64,000 nt of DNA from Isurus oxyrinchus (Eukaryota): contig JANJGN010000014.1 in the NCBI GenBank assembly GCA_026770705.1, forward strand, positions 128,526,001 to 128,590,000, read 5' to 3'. Below the pieces are notes generated by a model. It was not told where the DNA came from. It worked only from the letters and a program-made list of their open reading frames with translations, and searched no databases. Made by a program: the position numbers and the translations under genes. Shown here piece by piece: positions 62,541 to 64,000 of this stretch (position 1 is the stretch's first letter; each line of letters starts with the position of its first letter).

Positions 62541-63164
62541 AAGGCGTATCTGCTCTCTTGCACTAACCAATGTTTGAAAAAAGAATACTGCTGTCAGAAA
62601 TCTTTCTGCCAGGGTGTGATAACTTCGATTGATGGAGATCTAGGACAAGAGGATTAGAAAGGAAAAGCAGTATTCTGGAGTGCTTTTATTGGATATTCGT
62701 GTTATGTTGGAGATCTGCAGATACTGAACATCAGTGCTCCGTTACCCTTACATTTATTTAAGATTACAGTCCTTATTTGCCAGCATTGACAACTGCCTGT
62801 GAGATCAATCAAAATTTGTATTCCAAGCCTGGTGCAACTTCAAAAAAAAAAATACATAATGTAGTCCTTGTTGAGACAAGATTCTCTGCACTGAATGTTG
62901 TCTCTCCCTAAATTCCAGATAAAAAAACTTTCTGGAAGATTTATCTCACCCAGTTGACGGGAGCAGTTCAAATCACAATCGATGGTTTAAAACCGAAGCA
63001 GAAAGATTTGGTAGTGTTGCGAGGCTGCTTTTATTCCATATTCCGACTGCTTTTCAATTTTCCTTCCATGTTGATGACATTCAATTTAAGTCGTCCCTCA
63101 GCATCATAATGAACAATATCAACAGATTCAGTGCCACAAGTTGGTTTAATTGAATAAGACGGGA

Positions 63165-63500
63165 TTATACAGCACAGGCTATCCAGCACAGAAACAGGCC
63201 ATTCAGCCCAACCAGTCCATGCCAGTGTTTGTACTGCACTCGAGCCTTGTCCCAATTTCTCATCTAAATCTACCATTGTAACCATCTATTTACTTCTCCC
63301 TCAAATGCTAGTCTAGCTTCCTCTTAAATGCATCTATACTATTCACTTCAACCACTTCATGTGGTAGCAGGTTCCACATTCTCACTACACTAAAGGAAAA
63401 TAGGTTTCTTCTGAATTCTCTATTGAATCATTTGATGACTAGTTTATATTGATGGCCTCTATAGTTACGCTCCCCCACCCCCCCCACAAGAAAAAACATT
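63165..63500 (-). mobile_element. CR1 3' fragment
   Basis: cagcacagaaacaggccattcagccc..ttccacattctcactac. Confidence 0.75.
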
Positions 63501-63502
63501 TG

Positions 63503-64000
63503 GTGGAATTTTCCGCCCCTGTTTGCGGTGGGTGTGTTTGGTTGCGTGACCTGAAAATATCGCGAGATGGCCCTAGTCATGTTTCCCGGTGAGATAAATC
63601 CAGGGTGTGTGATTGTCCCCTCCCACCATCAGCGGTGGGACACGTTTCCCTCCATCAAGCATTGGGAACTTATTGTTAATGCATTTGCATTTTATTATTG
63701 TGCCCGCACACCGGAATGATCCCTCCGCGTCAAATTTAATTCCCATGTCAGTGTGACTTCAGAACAGCGTGATTTACGATCAGGCTTAAAAGGTGTACAC
63801 CTGGTGAGCTGGACGCTGAGGGGAACTCGGAGGTGAGTGCACACAACCTTACGAAATGATTGCAAGGAACACCGGTAGGACATCAGGGAAGAGGGGCTGT
63901 GCATTCAATGACTGGGTGGGGTGGTGGGGGTTACAAGCAAGTTGCTTTTCCCCCACTGGCTTTCAGTGCAATGCCGGGGTAAGGGCTCCAGTGTGGGTGG
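63503..64000. mobile_element. GC-rich Harbinger/MITE-like element running off the window end
   Basis: Starts gtggaattttccgcccc, like the other MITE termini; CpG-rich. Confidence 0.45.

Noticed and set aside
62919-63170. Possible exon: acceptor-like ttccag with a ~63-codon plus frame, and minus ORF 63031-63285
   Set aside because: No recognisable protein motif or convincing donor; the minus ORF starts inside a CR1 UTR
1-64000. CRISPR arrays, operons or other prokaryotic/phage systems
   Set aside because: No spaced direct-repeat arrays or dense coding; content is vertebrate repeat DNA

Overview
Repeat-dense vertebrate genomic DNA. The repeat families (HER1-type CR1, Deu-domain and V-domain SINEs, Neptune Penelope-like element) point to a cartilaginous fish (inference). 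No host protein-coding exon could be supported; the long ORFs I could assign derive from retroelements, and the unique stretches are AT/TAAT-rich, as in a large intron or gene desert. Main elements: a young 4.5-kb Neptune Penelope-like element with 1.2-kb tandem pseudo-LTRs, each carrying a minimal hammerhead motif; many CR1, L2 and RTE fragments; an internally deleted Gypsy element; 2 good and 2 weaker solo-LTR candidates; Harbinger-like MITEs. The most unusual signal is an ORF1-less APE-RT LINE (50762-53912, minus; second copy 27700-29910). It starts with a tRNA-Thr(AGT)-like A/B-box head, its sense strand almost lacks oligo-T, and its internal-deletion derivatives form the local SINEs. This makes it a candidate Pol III-transcribed autonomous LINE/SINE system. 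Boundaries of old repeats are approximate and all counts were made by eye.
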